Shown here: piece by piece, positions 62,398 through 64,000 of the stretch
Layout of the letters: every line of letters starts with the position of its first letter
Position numbering within the stretch: position 1 is the stretch's first letter
Origin: Penicillus capitatus
Lineage: Eukaryota > Plantae > Chlorophyta
Assembly: GCA_965649825.1 (NCBI GenBank)
Contig: OZ287700.1
Location: forward strand, 1,492,871 to 1,556,870
Length of the DNA: 64,000 bases
Reading direction: 5' to 3'
Program-made: the position numbers and the translations under genes
The notes under the pieces: generated by a model
Told to the model about the DNA's origin: nothing
What the model saw: only the letters and a program-made list of their open reading frames with translations
Database searches by the model: none

Positions 62398-64000
62398 TCA
62401 ATCTTCAGGGAGCTTCTCCGGATGCATGCTCTCGGCGAGCACCACGAGTTTCTCATCTGCCGCGTACTCGCGTTCGCTGAAGGCGTCGGGGGCGGTTATG
62501 AATGTATTGTCCTTCTTGAGCACACTGGACACAACAAGCCGCAACGAGAGATGGCAAAGGAGTGGCCATAGAGGAAAACGGCGCACGCACGTACCCTAGG
62601 AATGTCTCGTTGTGTCGTCGGGCAATGTCGGCGACTTCGTAGCATTTCACAGGACCTCTGCCGACGAGCTGGAACGCGTCCATGTTTCGAATGTAGATCT
62701 CGCTGCCAGCTGCGCAGAGGAGTTCTTTGAAAACGAGGTCCAATTGAGGATAGCCCGCAACCTGATAGGAATCTCAGAAGGACAGCGCCCGTGGTTCTGA
62801 CGGACTTACTTGCACAAGGACGCCGCTCGAGAGATTCTTCGGCAGAATCATGTCGAGATGCATGGGCACTTGCAGTGTTCTGTTGCCTTCTTCGATCAGG
62901 TGCTTCGCGACGAGCTGCGTCTCGGAGAAGTTGACAGGACTGACGACATTGAAGCCCGTCTTGTCTTCCCAACACTCGTTCGCCATTTCCTGAATCTGAA
63001 TCAGCGTCGAGAGAAGCTGCACGACAGAGAAGGCGTCTCGTCTCCCTCGCAGAGAGATGGACTGTCTACCTGAGCATCGGCGACCTTCGGAGGCAGATCT
63101 TCGAGTCCTGCCAGCACGACGGAATCGATCTTCTTCCTCTTGAGTTGCTGCAGTGTCCTGTAGGATGCCGGATTGCCTTCGATGTACGACAGATGACATC
63201 TTCCATTGGTCCCTTGCCTCTCGACGATGGAACTAAAGCGCGTGCTCTCTGGAGAAGACGAGCATTGTGGGCGGTGCTTTACTTAGCCACGACGGTCACC
63301 CTTGTGGACGTCGATGCGAATCTGCCGATGGCGTCGACCAATCCGCTGTCCGCGAAGTCCTCTTCGCCGAAGCACAGGACCACCACGTTCTCGGGGCAGC
63401 ACGCACTGTGATGCCGTTCTACATTCTCAGTCCACGGGGAGGGAGATGGCAATGGAGTGGATTCCGGCTCTACATGCCACAGATCACTGCACAAGACAAC
63501 CAGCTCATCATCGTTTCGCAGAACGGTATCGTCGGGAGGATTCAGACGGACGCTGCCGTGCAGACGACCGGTTTTCGGCCCAGGTGAATAGATCCCGCAC
63601 ACGACAGCTTTGTAGAAATGCCGACGTGCGCTGCCGTAGGTCTGACCTCCAAAGTCTGTCTTCTCTGTGATGTAGAATTCTTTTCCTTCGTTCTGTTGGA
63701 AGATATCGGACAGGATGCCGCTCAGATGTGGTTGCAGAGCGCACTGTGCAAGAAACCGATCCAGATTCTCTTCCTCATAGACTTCCACCACACGGAGCTT
63801 GTTTGTCTCCTTGAGTGGCGGGTAGCGGAAAGCGACGGAGACGTCTGTTAACTGTTTCTTGGACTTTGTCGAATCTTGGGATGTCTGCACGATCACACGC
63901 ACAGGAACGATCGTCTTCGGAGCCAAGGGCTTTCAAAGTGGCAATCGCCGCTGCTCTTCTGACAGCAACGGATATCTACACGGGCAGATGAGAGGCGACA
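62398..64000 (-). CDS. CASTOR/POLLUX/DMI1-family ion channel-like protein (RCK-type C-terminal region; 5' part lies outside the window)
   Basis: LAQCALQPHLSGILSDIFQQNEGKEFY, LNPPDDTVLRNDDELVVL, VFKELLCAAGSEIYIR, and final exon ..ADEKLVVLAES.. resemble POLLUX-family RCK domains. Confidence 0.82.

Noticed and set aside
1-64000. Alternative nuclear code (TAA/TAG = Gln) as in some ulvophycean algae
   Set aside because: TAA and TAG end conserved proteins at the expected positions (Cpn10, SNARE, VIP1). In-frame stops occur only in introns or in the LINE relic.
1-64000. tRNA, rRNA or snRNA genes
   Set aside because: No cloverleaf, rRNA or Sm-site signature was recognised by eye. An Infernal or tRNAscan-SE run would be needed to exclude them.

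Overview
Very gene-dense eukaryotic nuclear DNA using the standard genetic code, most consistent with a compact green-algal (chlorophyte-like) genome. The evidence is plastid-targeted DXR and Cpn10, a CBM20 protein, mTERF, two RAP/OPR-type proteins and the dynein-assembly factor WDR92; the species cannot be determined from the window. About 30 intron-containing genes are packed with tiny spacers, and introns are mostly about 41-65 nt with degenerate donors, including at least six apparent GC-AG introns. The only long gene-free stretch (about 44.7-48.8 kb) holds a degenerate non-LTR (LINE) retrotransposon ORF2 whose C-terminal zinc-knuckle segment is missing from the ORF track (no usable start codon), a 3-copy repeat with hairpin spacers, and a GC-rich stem-loop block. 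Other highlights are a receptor-like protein (periplasmic-binding/Venus-flytrap domain, Cys-rich repeats, about 9 TM segments), a signal-peptide-bearing ankyrin protein, head-to-head gene pairs with under 35 nt between start codons, and tandem genes spaced like bicistronic loci. Exon boundaries were inferred by eye and no database searches were run.
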